Shown here: positions 53,605 through 64,000 of the stretch, one piece after another
Position numbering within the stretch: position 1 is the first letter of the stretch
Layout: every line of letters starts with the position of its first letter
Assembly: GCF_006345805.1 (NCBI RefSeq)
Contig: NC_043010.1
Coordinates: 23,932,001 to 23,996,000 of the forward strand
Origin: Octopus sinensis
Taxonomy: Eukaryota
Reading direction: 5' to 3'
Length of the DNA: 64,000 nucleotides
Notes under the pieces: generated by a model
Told to the model about the DNA's origin: nothing
The model's input: only the letters and a program-made list of their open reading frames with translations
Database searches by the model: none
Translations under genes and position numbers: made by a program

Positions 53605-56600
53605 TTTTTTTTTCTTTTCTTCTTTCAAATTTGCTTCCATTTCTTGCCGAGTGTCTTCCCGACTCCTAGGGCAGAGAAACTCATAGTATACATTGGTAGG
53701 CCATTAAACCAAACTCACTAGTTCGTTCATTTTTTTTTTAAGTTAATTTAAAATACATGGGAAGTAATAATTCTCACATCGACAATGCTCTCCTCAATAC
53801 GTGTGATGTACCAGTTAAAACAATCTTTTGCACTTCTTGCAGGGATGGTAAGCCAGGGATCATTCTCATATAATTTTCGATTCCCTTCTTGATCATTCCT
53901 AGTGCTCCTACGATCACTGGTATTGTAACCGCCTTGAGATGCCACATTTTCTCAATTTCGATGAGCAGGTCTTTATATTTTCTGAGCTTGTCAAACTCTT
54001 TCGCCGAGATATTATGATCACAGGGGATGCTCATGTCGATCAATAAGCAAACTTTATTGTTTTGGTCTTTCACAACAATATCTGGTTTATTGGCTTTGAT
54101 GGTTCGGTCTGTATGTACTGGAAAGTCCCACAGAATCGTTACATTTTCTCCTTCAGTTACAGCTTCAGGGTGGTGATTATACCACTTGTCGGCAGTTTTG
54201 ATATTGTAATGCCGACTTATTAAGCCAGTGTAGATATTGGCCAACTCTGTCATGTCTTAATTTATACTCCACTGGTGCTAAGACTATACATCCAGAGATT
54301 AGGTGGTCCACTGTTTCAATCATGTCGTTGCAGAATCGGCATTTTGGGTCTGCTCCATTTTTCATTACATTGGCCTGGTAGTTCCGGGTTAATAGGCTTT
54401 GATCTTGAGCAGCCAGGATGAAACCATCGCTCTCTGCTTTTAGCCCTGAGCTCCGTAGCTACTGATGGGTTTGCTTCTGGTCAACATCAGCTTGTTTGCT
54501 GCGGACCACATATTTGCCGTGCAGAGGTTTCTCCTCCCACCTATCAGCCAATTGCTCATGCTCTTTTTTCATTGCCATTTTTTTCACCTTCTTTGCAACA
54601 ATAGTTGCCGTACTTCCCTTGGGTTGTTCAGTTTGGGTATCCTGCACGAGATCAATTGCAAATTTTTTGCTTTCCTTTATGATAGAATGAAGCTTCTTTC
54701 GTCTCTCGTGATTTTCCACGAGCTTTAGCATCCAGTCATTCGTTATTTCGAGATATTTGGCCAGTCCAATTGTGGCTGTTTTGTAAGCTAGTTCAAATTG
54801 GATCAGGCCTCGACCTCCTTGGGCTCTGGGAAGGTAAAGGCGATCTACGTCTGCCTTTGGGTGGTGCATCCTATTACAACTCAGCAGCTTGCGTATTTCT
54901 TATCTATATTCTTTACTTCACTCATATTCCAGTTCAACACATTGTAGCTATAAGTAACAACTGGAACTGCCAAGGAATTTATAGCTAACACCTTGTTACG
55001 TGCATTTAGTTCAGATCTCAGGACTGCACGAACTCTCCTATAACATTATTTCCTGATCTTCTCTTTCATGCTTGCATGCTGAATACCAGAGCCTTCATTT
55101 ATCCCTAATTATTTGTATGTTTGTTCTTTCTCAAGCTCTCTTATGACTGTGTCAACAGTTAACACGACTGAATTTGTCGTCTTCACTTTCCCTTTCTGGA
55201 AAGTGGCCTTGGCACACTTCTCAAGCCCAAACTCCATCCCGATGTCATCACTGAATGCTTCCACAGTGCGCAATAGGTCTTCAAATTCATTATCGTCTTT
55301 ACCATAGAGTTTTAAGTCATCCATATAAAATAGATGTCTTATTTTTTTATTGGCAATTTTATACCCATACCCTGTTCTGTTTAATTCACTTGTAAGGGAT
55401 ATTAGGGCTATGCAGAATATTAAATGTGAAAGTGAGTCACCTTGAAAAATTCCACAGTTGATGTTTATATTTTCTGAGGCAAGTACTCCATTAGAGTGGT
55501 ATAATTGGAGATTCGTATTCCACAACGACATATTGTGCTTCAGGAAGCTTGAAATCACAGGGGAAATTTTGAAGATGTCCAGCGATCTCAAGATCCATGG
55601 ATGCGGTATACTGTCGAAGGCCTTTTTATAGTCAATCCATGCGAAGCTGAAATTTCTGCGCTTGTTGTGACAGTTCTCAAGGATCATACGATTAATTAGC
55701 AGTTGATCTTTGCATCCGTATGAGCCTCGGCGGCACCCTTTTTGTTCAATGGAGAAAATATCGTTCTTCTCCATGAATGCATATGTTTTCTCCGCCAGGA
55801 TTGATGTTAGGATTTTATACGTGGTGGATAGACAGGTTATAGGCCGATAGTTTTTTGGAAGGTTGGTTTCGTTATTCTTTGGGAGTAGGTAAGTAATACC
55901 ACTTGCTAACCATTCAGGTGTTTTCTCTGGGTCTCTCATAATTCCATTGAGCAGCTGAACTAGCTTACCGTGTGCGCATATGGCAGTCTTTCAATTAAGC
56001 TTCGTGGCGGGCTATACTGTTCATCTGATTCTTCATTTCTTTTGTGTCTTATATTTATGTCATTTTCCGTTGCATGCTTGATCGCGCTTATTTCAATGTC
56101 TGTGAGTCTGTTATTTCTAAGGATATCCCTCCTCACATTTGCCAATTTGTTCTCGTCCAAATAGGGCCTAATGTCTTGATTCCGTGTTCTCCATATACTG
56201 TAAGAGTTTGCGGTGTGTCTCTGTTGAGATGGCCTACCTAATGCATAGTAATAAGCGTATATTACTTCTTTATACTCTTCTCGTGTCCATTTGTTCCGCT
56301 TACATTTTTCTTTCTGTGGTGGTTGTGGTGATGAACTTGGAGGGCTCGAGTTGGGGAATTTCCCGTTCAAGTGACCATCCATGTCCGTATTCGGAGAAGA
56401 GTTTGTTCCAGTTGATGACTTTTCGATCCCAGGCTGGCTCTTCCCTGGGGGACGCGCTTCCAGATTAACCATAGGACAAGCGATTTGGTATACCGATTTA
56501 GTTTTCCTTTTAGTTTCCAAAAACATTTTGGTGCTACGATAATGTTATCATTTTTGAGCTTTGATTGGCTCGTGGGGAGACGGCCATCATTGCCGTTACA

Positions 56601-57038
56601 ATTATAATCGTACCATTAGAGCAGCCGTAGTCGGCTTATTATTGTTATTATCATCACTATTATTATCACTATTATCCTTATCACCACTATTACTATCATC
56701 ATTTTCATCATCACCAACACCAACACCATCATCATCATCATCATCATCATCAATGATATTGTTTTATGTGTAGTCACAGCAGTATCTTATTGTTTTTTTG
56801 TTTTTTTATTTTGTTGTTTTTTATCATTATCACCATCACAGTAGTGTCTGTCTGTCTCCTTGGCTGGCTGGGTAGTTGGCTGGCTGGCTGTCATCAACGC
56901 CAGAATTCTTGCCTGTCAAATACTTTCATATTTAATACTTTCATATTTGATTAATATCTAAAGAGCCGAGGTGAGGTTTGTGTTGGCTGAACTCTGTGAG
57001 TGTGTGTGTGTGTGTGTGTGTGTACGTGTGTGTAGATA
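53605..57038 (-). mobile_element. R4/Dong-clade RLE non-LTR retrotransposon, copy 1, defective with ~0.94 kb internal deletion
   Basis: NYRPITCL, QKGC, IDYKKAFDSIPH, IFQGDSLS, YMDDLK; CRFC..ETVDHLISGC, RHD, KPDIV..D...KY restriction-like endonuclease. A-rich tail at 53605. Deletion junction near 55980. Confidence 0.93.
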
Positions 57039-57206
57039 GATAGATAGATTATCAGCACTATTACTATCATTATTATCAACATCGCCATCATCATCATCAC
57101 CATCAGCACCATCATCATCTGTGATATTTTTTTCTTCTTTAGGTGGGGTCATATCGGTCAAAAAAAGTTTAAATGTCTACTCCTACTAGCCTTAAGAAAA
57201 ATTATG

Positions 57207-58100
57207 GAAGGTCTGTTCTGTATTGTTTGTGAATAGAGAAGTTGTGTTCGACCTGAGAGAATCTTAGCATCATTATTTTTTTTTCCATGTGCGTTTGTGT
57301 TATTGCAATAAAAAGTGTTTGTATATTTCGTGTAAGGTAATATTGTGGAGGTTGAAGTTGACTTTTCTAGAGATGTTTGTATGTCCAGTTAGAAGAACAG
57401 GTGTGTTTTTGCAAGAAAAAGTATATGTTTACATTTATATTTGAATTTTCAGGGAGGAAGCAAAGGAAAGTCAGATTTTCATAGAAAGTTTTAAGGTTTT
57501 GTAAGACCACAAAAAGAAAAGCGTGATGTTTTTAGAGAGAAGAAAAAAAAGGATGTTTAGAGACAATTCTGGGTATTCAAGTTTTTAAAGCTGATCGAAT
57601 GTATGTTTGAAAACTGTAGATATGTAAATTTGTAAATTTCTTAACTTATTTTGAAGGGCTGTTCTGTATTATTTGTGAATAGAGAAGTTGTGTTCGACCA
57701 GAGAGAATCTTAGCATCATTATTTTTTTCCATGTGCGTTTGTGTTATTGCAATAAAAAGTGTTTGTATATTTCGTGTAAGGTAATATTGTGGAGGTTCAA
57801 GTTGACTTTTCTAGAGATGTCTGTATGTCCAGTTAGAAGAACAGGTGTATTTTTGCAATAAAAAGTATGTTTACATTTATATTTGAATATTCAGGGAGGA
57901 AGCAAAGAAAAGTCAGATTTTCATAGAAAGTTTTAAGGTTTTGTAAGTCCACAAAAAGAAAAGCGTGATGTTTTTAGAGAGAAGAAAAAAAAGGATGTTT
58001 ACAGAGACAATTCTGGGTATAAAAGTTTTTAAAGCTGATCGAATGTATGTTTGAAAACTGTAGATATGTAAATTTGTAAATTTCTTAACTTATTTTGAAG
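57207..58100. repeat. Tandem duplication, ~446-bp unit x2
   Basis: ctgttctgtatt.tttgtgaatagagaagttgtgttcgacc starts at 57213 and 57659; both copies end ...cttattttgaag. Confidence 0.9.
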
Positions 58101-58271
58101 AGAACTTTAAATACTCACAAGATATTGTAGATGTTCCAGTCATTGAGGGTTATTTTTCCCCGTTGCTAAACTGGGTCATATTAGTGTTTCTATGGCTTTC
58201 GGCTACTGAATTGTCAGGGCAGTGAGGAATACGTCCAGCCGCTGTCAAGGCTGGCGCTCCTCTCCATATAA

Positions 58272-61200
58272 TTTTTTTTTCTTCTTCTTTCAAATTTGCT
58301 TCCATTTCTTGCCGAGTGTCTTCCCGACTCCTAGGGGAAAGAAACTCATAGTATACATTGGTGGGCCATTAAACTAAACTCAATAGTTCGTTCATTTTAA
58401 AAATTTTTTTTAAAGTTAAATTAAAATACATGGGTAGTAATAGTTCTCACATCGACAATGCTCTTCTCAATACGTGTGATGTACCAGTTAAGACAATCTT
58501 TTGCACTTCTTGCAGGGATGGTAAGCCAGGGATCATTCTCATATAATTTTCGGTTCTCTTCTTGATCATTCCTAGTGCTCCTACGATCACTGGTATTGTA
58601 ACCGCCTTGAGATGCCACATTTCCTCAATTTCAATGAGCAGGTCTTTATATTTTCTGAGCTTGTCAAACTCTTTCGCCGAGATATTATGATCACAGGGGA
58701 TGCTCATGTCGATCAATAAGCAAACTTTATTGTTTTGGTCTTTCACAACAATATCTGGTTTATTGGCTTTGATGGTTCGGTCTGTATGTACTGGAAAGTC
58801 CCACAGAATCGTTACATTTTCTCCTTCAGTTACAGCTTCAGGGTGGTGATTATACCACTTGTCGGCAGTTTTGATATTGTAATGCCGACTTATTAAGCCA
58901 GTGTAGATATTGGCCAACTCTGTCATGTCTTAATTTATACTCCACTGGTGCTAAGACTATACATCCAGAGATTAGGTGGTCCACTGTTTCAATCATGTCG
59001 TTGCAGAATCGGCATTTTGGGTCTGCTCCATTTTTCATTACATTGGCCTGGTAGTTCCGGGTTAATAGGCTTTGATCTTGAGCAGCCAGGATGAAACCTT
59101 CGCTCTCTGCTTTTAGCCCTGAGCTCCGTAGCTACTGATGGGTTTGCTTCTGGTCAACATCAGCTTGTTTGCTGCGGACCACATATTTGCCGTGCAGAGG
59201 TTTCTCCTCCCACCTATCAGCCAATTGCTCGTGCTCTTTTTTCATTGCCATTTTTTTCACCTTCTTTGCAACAATAGTTGCCGTACTTCCCTCGGGTTGT
59301 TCAGTTTGGGTATCCTGCACGAGATCAATTGCAAATTTTTTGATTTCCTTTATGATAGAATGAAGCTTCTTTCGTCTCTCGTGATTTTCCACGAGCTTTA
59401 GCATCCAGTCATTCGTTATTTCGAGATATTTGGCCAGTCCAATTGTGGCTGTTTTGTAAGCTAGTTCAAATTGGATCAGGCCTCGACCTCCTTGGGCTCT
59501 GGGAAGGTAAAGGCGATCTACGTCTGCCTTTGGGTGGTGCATCCTATTACAACTCAGCAGCTTGCGTATTTTCCTATCTATTTTCTTTACTTCACTCATA
59601 TTCCAGTTCAACACATTGTAGCTATAAGTAACAACTGGAACTGCCAAGGAATTTATAGCTAACACCTTGTTACGTGCATTTAGTTCAGATCTCAGGACTG
59701 CACGAACTCTCCTATAACATTATTTCCTGATCTTCTCTTTCATGCTTGCATGCTGAATACCAGAGCCTTCATTTATCCCTAATTATTTGTATGTTTGTTC
59801 TTTCTCAAGCTCTCTTATGACTGTGTCAACAGCTAACACGACTGAATTTGTCTTCACTTTCCCTTTCTGGAAAGTTGCCTTGGCACACTTCTCAAGCCCA
59901 AACTCCATCCCGATGTTATCGCTGAATGCTTTCACAGTGCGCAATAGGCCTTCAAGTTCATTATTGTCTTTACCATAGAGTTTTAAGTCATCCATATAAA
60001 ATAGATGTCTTATTTTTTTATTGGCAATTTTATACATCTATATTTTCTGAGGCAAGTTCTCCATTAGAGTGGTATAATTGGAGGTGGAGGCGCAATGGCC
60101 CAGCGGTTAGGGCAGCGGAATAGCGGTCATAGGATCGCGGTTTCGATTCCCAGACCGGGCGTTGTGAGTGTTTATTGAGCGAAAACACCTAAAGCTCCAC
60201 GAGGCTCCGGCAGGGGGTGGTGGTGATCTCTGCTGTACTCTTTCACCACAACTTTCTCTCACTCTTACTTCCTGTTTCTGTTGTACATGTATTTCAAAGG
60301 GCCGGCCTTGTCACTCTCTGTGTCACGCTGAATATCCCCGAGTACTACGTTAAGGGTACACGTGTCTGTGGAGTGCTCAGCCACTTACACTTTAATTTCA
60401 CGAGCAGGCTGTTCCGTTGATTCGGATCAACCGGAACCCTCGTCGTCGTAACCGACGGAGAGCTTCCAATCCATAATTGGAGATTCGTATTCCACAACGA
60501 CATATTGTGCTTCAGGAAGCTTGAAATCACATGGGAAATTTTGAAGATGTCCAGCGATCTCAAGATCCATGGATGCGGTATACTGTCGAAGGCCTTTTTA
60601 TAGTCAATCGATGCGGAGCTGAAATTTCTGCGCTTGTTGTGACAGTTCTCAAGGATCATACGATTAATTAGCAGTTGATCTTTGCATCCGTATGATCCTC
60701 GGCGGCACCCTTTTTGTTAAATGGGGAAAATATCGTTCTTCTCCATGAATGCATATCTTTTCTCCGCCAGGATAGATGTTAGGATTTTATACGTGGTGGA
60801 TAGACAGGTTATAGGCCGATAGTTTTTGGGAAGGTTGGTTTCGTTATTCTTTGGGAGTAGGTAAGTAATACCACTTGCTAACCATTCAAGTGTTTTCTTT
60901 GGGTCTCTCATAATTCCATTGAGCAGCTGAACTAGCTTACCGTGTGCGCATGGGAGCGATGCGAGCCAGAAATTGGGCACCCTATCTTTTCCGGGGGATT
61001 TCCAATTATGGGCCTTCGTGAGTGCCCTTCTTAGGTCTGCTATTGTGATGTCTTCCCATGCTTGTTGTTGTAAATTTTGGTAGGATCCTTCAGTTTGTAT
61101 AATCCAGTCTGCATTTGTGATGTACGTCTTCTTGTCACTCCAAATCCTTTTCCAAAAGTTTTGAACTTCTTCCATGGGAGGGGGGTCTTTAACGGTTACT

Positions 61201-62927
61201 TTCTTCTTCCGTATTTCTCTGTAGAATTTTTTAGCATTGGATGTGAACAGCTTATTTCGCTTGTAAAACTTGTTTCTCTTCTCAAATCTTCGTATTCTTT
61301 GGGCTTTTGCTTGGACTTTTTGTTTCAGTGTTTCTTTTATTGATATCAGTTCTTCTCTTGGTGAGGATTCAAATTTTCTCTTCATCTTTCTTCCTGTTCT
61401 GGATCTTACATCATTTCCACATATTAGTTCATTTAATATTGATATTTCCCCTCTCATAAATTCAATTTCTTTTTCAATTTTACTTCTCCAGGTTTGGTTT
61501 CCTCCCAGGTTTGGTTTTCTTTGTTTTTTCGGGGGCATACAGCTGGTTTCAATTGCCCTAGCAGAAGCGTAAATAATTTCATTTAACTCAGTAAAATCAG
61601 GTTTTAATTCTTGTATTATTTCCTTTGTTACATAGTTGCCAATTTGGATTTGTTCTTTATTTTGGTTTGTATTTGAGAGTTTATGAAGTGGTTCTCTATC
61701 ATTCATACTTGTATGTCTTACAATTTCAAGCGTATTCAGGATTTTCTGCCTCATTTCTTGCATATACTCCCTGTGTTCTTCAGCAAAAGCGAGATCTTCA
61801 GTTACTGTTGTTTTATCATTTTCCTGGCTATCTTTAACAGGTTCAATAGAATTTCTTGTATCTTCAGGCCTTTGCGTACTTTGGTCAGATGGCAGTCTTT
61901 CAATTAAGCTTCGTGGCGGGCTATACTGTTCATCTGATTCTTCATTTCTTTTGTGTCTTATATTTATGTCATTTTCCGTTGCATGCTTGATCACGCTTAT
62001 TTCAATGTCTGTGAGTCTGTTATTTCTAAGGATATCCTTCCTCACATTTGCCAATTTGTTCTCGTCCAAATAGGGCCTAATGTCTTGATTCCGTGTTCTC
62101 CATATACTGTAAGAGTTTGCGGTGTGTCTCTGTTGAGATGGCCTACCTAATACATAGTAATAAGCGTATATTACTTCTTTATACTCTTCTCGTGTCCATT
62201 TGTTCCACTTACATTTTTCTTTCTGTGGTGGTTGTGGTGGTGAACTTGGAGGGCTCGAGTTGGGGAATTTCCCGTTCAAGTGACCATCCATGTCCGTATT
62301 CGGAGAAGAGTTTGTGCCAGTTGATGACTTTTCGATCCCAGGCTGGCTCTTCCCTGGGGGACGCACTTCCAGATTAACCATAGGACAAGCGATTTGGTAT
62401 ACTGATTTGGTTTTCCTTTTAGTTTCCAAAAACATTTTGGTGCTACGATAATATTATCATTTTTGAGCTTTGATTGGCTCGTGGGGAGACGGCCATCATT
62501 GCCGTTACAATTATAATCGTACTATTATAGCAGCCGTAGTCGGCTTATTATTGTTATTATCATCACCATTATTATCACTATTATCCTTATCACCACTATT
62601 ACTATCATCATTATCATCATCACCATCACCATCATCATCATCATCATCAATGATATTGTTTTATGTGTAGTCACAGCAGTATCTTATTGTTTTTTTTTTG
62701 TTTTTTTGTTTTTTTTTATCATTATCACCATCACAGTAGTGTCTGTCTGTCTCCTTGGCTGGCTGGGTGGTTGGCTGGGTGGTTGGCTGGGTGTTTGGCT
62801 GGCTGGCTGTCTTCAACGCCAGAATTCTTGCCTGTCAAATAATACTTTCATATTTGGTTAACATCTAAAGAGCCGAGGTGAGGTTTGTGTTGGCTGAACT
62901 CTGTGAGTGTGTGTGTTTGTGTAGATA
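58272..62927 (-). mobile_element. R4/Dong-clade RLE non-LTR retrotransposon, copy 2, near full length, defective
   Basis: 572-aa N-terminal ORF 60717-62435 (KSPGKDRVPNFW, NYRPITCL), then RT and RLE fragments as in copy 1. Carries a SINE insertion and a ~100-bp deletion near 60037. Confidence 0.95.
60084..60472 (+). mobile_element. tRNA-derived SINE inserted in the R4/Dong RT, 10-bp TSD
   Basis: A box TGGCCCAGCGG, B box GGTTTCGATTCC. ataattggag is duplicated at 60074-60083 and 60473-60482. Absent from copy 1. Confidence 0.93.
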
Positions 62928-62936
62928 TTATTATTA

Positions 62937-62995
<59 letters not shown>

Positions 62996-63016
62996 ATTAT
63001 TATTATTATTACTATT

Positions 63017-63089
<73 letters not shown>

Positions 63090-63115
63090 TTCTTCTTATT
63101 ATTATTATTATTATT
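62925..63115 (+). repeat. (TAT)n/(TCT)n microsatellite
   Basis: Direct reading. Confidence 0.95.
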
Positions 63116-64000
63116 GAGTGAGAGAGCAGTGCATGCCATCAAATGACCCTGGGGTAAAATATACTGGAATACTCGTTGAGTCAATGTACGAACATCTGGA
63201 AAAAATGTAGTCCTGTCACATGAGCAGAAGGGTTGTAGAGGTAACAAAGATCAATTCCTGATCGACAAAACTGTACTTAGAGACTGCAAGAGGAGGAAAA
63301 GTAATTTAGCCATGTCACGGATCGGCTATCGTAAGGCGTACGATATAATCCCACACTCTTGGATAATGAAATGTATGAACATATTTAGTATTGCATCGAA
63401 TGTTGAGCGATTGCTTCAAAAAAGTATGGTGAATTCGAGGACGGACCTGACAGCATACTGAAGATGTTTAGAGATGACATTGATTCTGAGGAAAGCAAAA
63501 GCTGGGTATGTATTCAAAGGCCGCCAACAAAAAGTCATCCATTTATTATTCATGGATGATCTCAAACCTTATGGTAAAGATAAGCACAAATCAGTTCCCT
63601 TGTTGATACGGTGTATACCTTCAGTGCTGATATCAGAATGGAGTTCGGACTGAGAAAGTGTGGTATGTTATTCTTGAAGGGAGGCAAAATCAAATGTACG
63701 GACGGGCTATCGATACCGTCGGGAGAGGCTATGAAATAGATAGAAAAGACTGGTTATAAGTACTTGGGAATTTTGGAAATGGATGGAGAAACAAAAGACA
63801 GAAAAAATTAAGGTGGAGTACTTACGTAGACTGAGACTGATCCTTAAGTCGAAATTAAAGAGACGGAATCAGATCGAAGCTATCAACACCTGGGCGGTTT
63901 CACTCCTAAGATATGGAGCAGGTGTAATCGCATGGACAGTAGACGAACTAAACAGCTTAGGTAGAAAGATAAGGAAGTTGCCCAAGAGCAAGCACTAAGA
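63116..64000 (+). mobile_element. Second R4/Dong-type family, decayed RT fragment running off the window end
   Basis: [56 protein letters not shown]. Begins directly after (TAT)n. Confidence 0.85.

Noticed and set aside
62860-62905. Possible HDV-like ribozyme at the R4/Dong 5' end (also 56978-57000)
   Set aside because: Only a weak P1/P3-like pairing was found; P1.1, J4/2 and P2 could not be assigned.

Overview
AT-rich, microsatellite-saturated animal DNA with no recognisable host protein-coding gene. The SINE families and the repeat density suggest a cephalopod (Octopus-like) genome; this is inference from recalled repeat families, not a search. Nearly all ORFs in the track are simple-repeat artefacts. 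The real content is transposable elements: Neptune-type Penelope-like elements (PLEs; RT and GIY-YIG), two full-length and one deleted mariner, a near full-length Tx1/L1-type LINE inside a (TAGA)n tract, three R4/Dong-type RLE LINEs, and many tRNA-derived SINEs. The most striking hidden signal is about 17 type-I hammerhead-ribozyme motifs. Five have an intact CUGANGA/GAAA/NUH core (133-192, 14523-14608, 36979-37014, 39011-39058, 42680-42784). Several sit in non-coding 350-480 nt units with terminal redundancy or fold-back arms, the architecture expected of PLE pseudo-LTRs or retrozymes (reverse-transcribed self-cleaving, possibly circular RNAs). A second repeated motif (16270-16362, 27485-27568, 27341-27380) has hammerhead-like words in permuted order plus several nested pairings and may be an undescribed structured RNA. 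All folds were read by eye and none has been tested.
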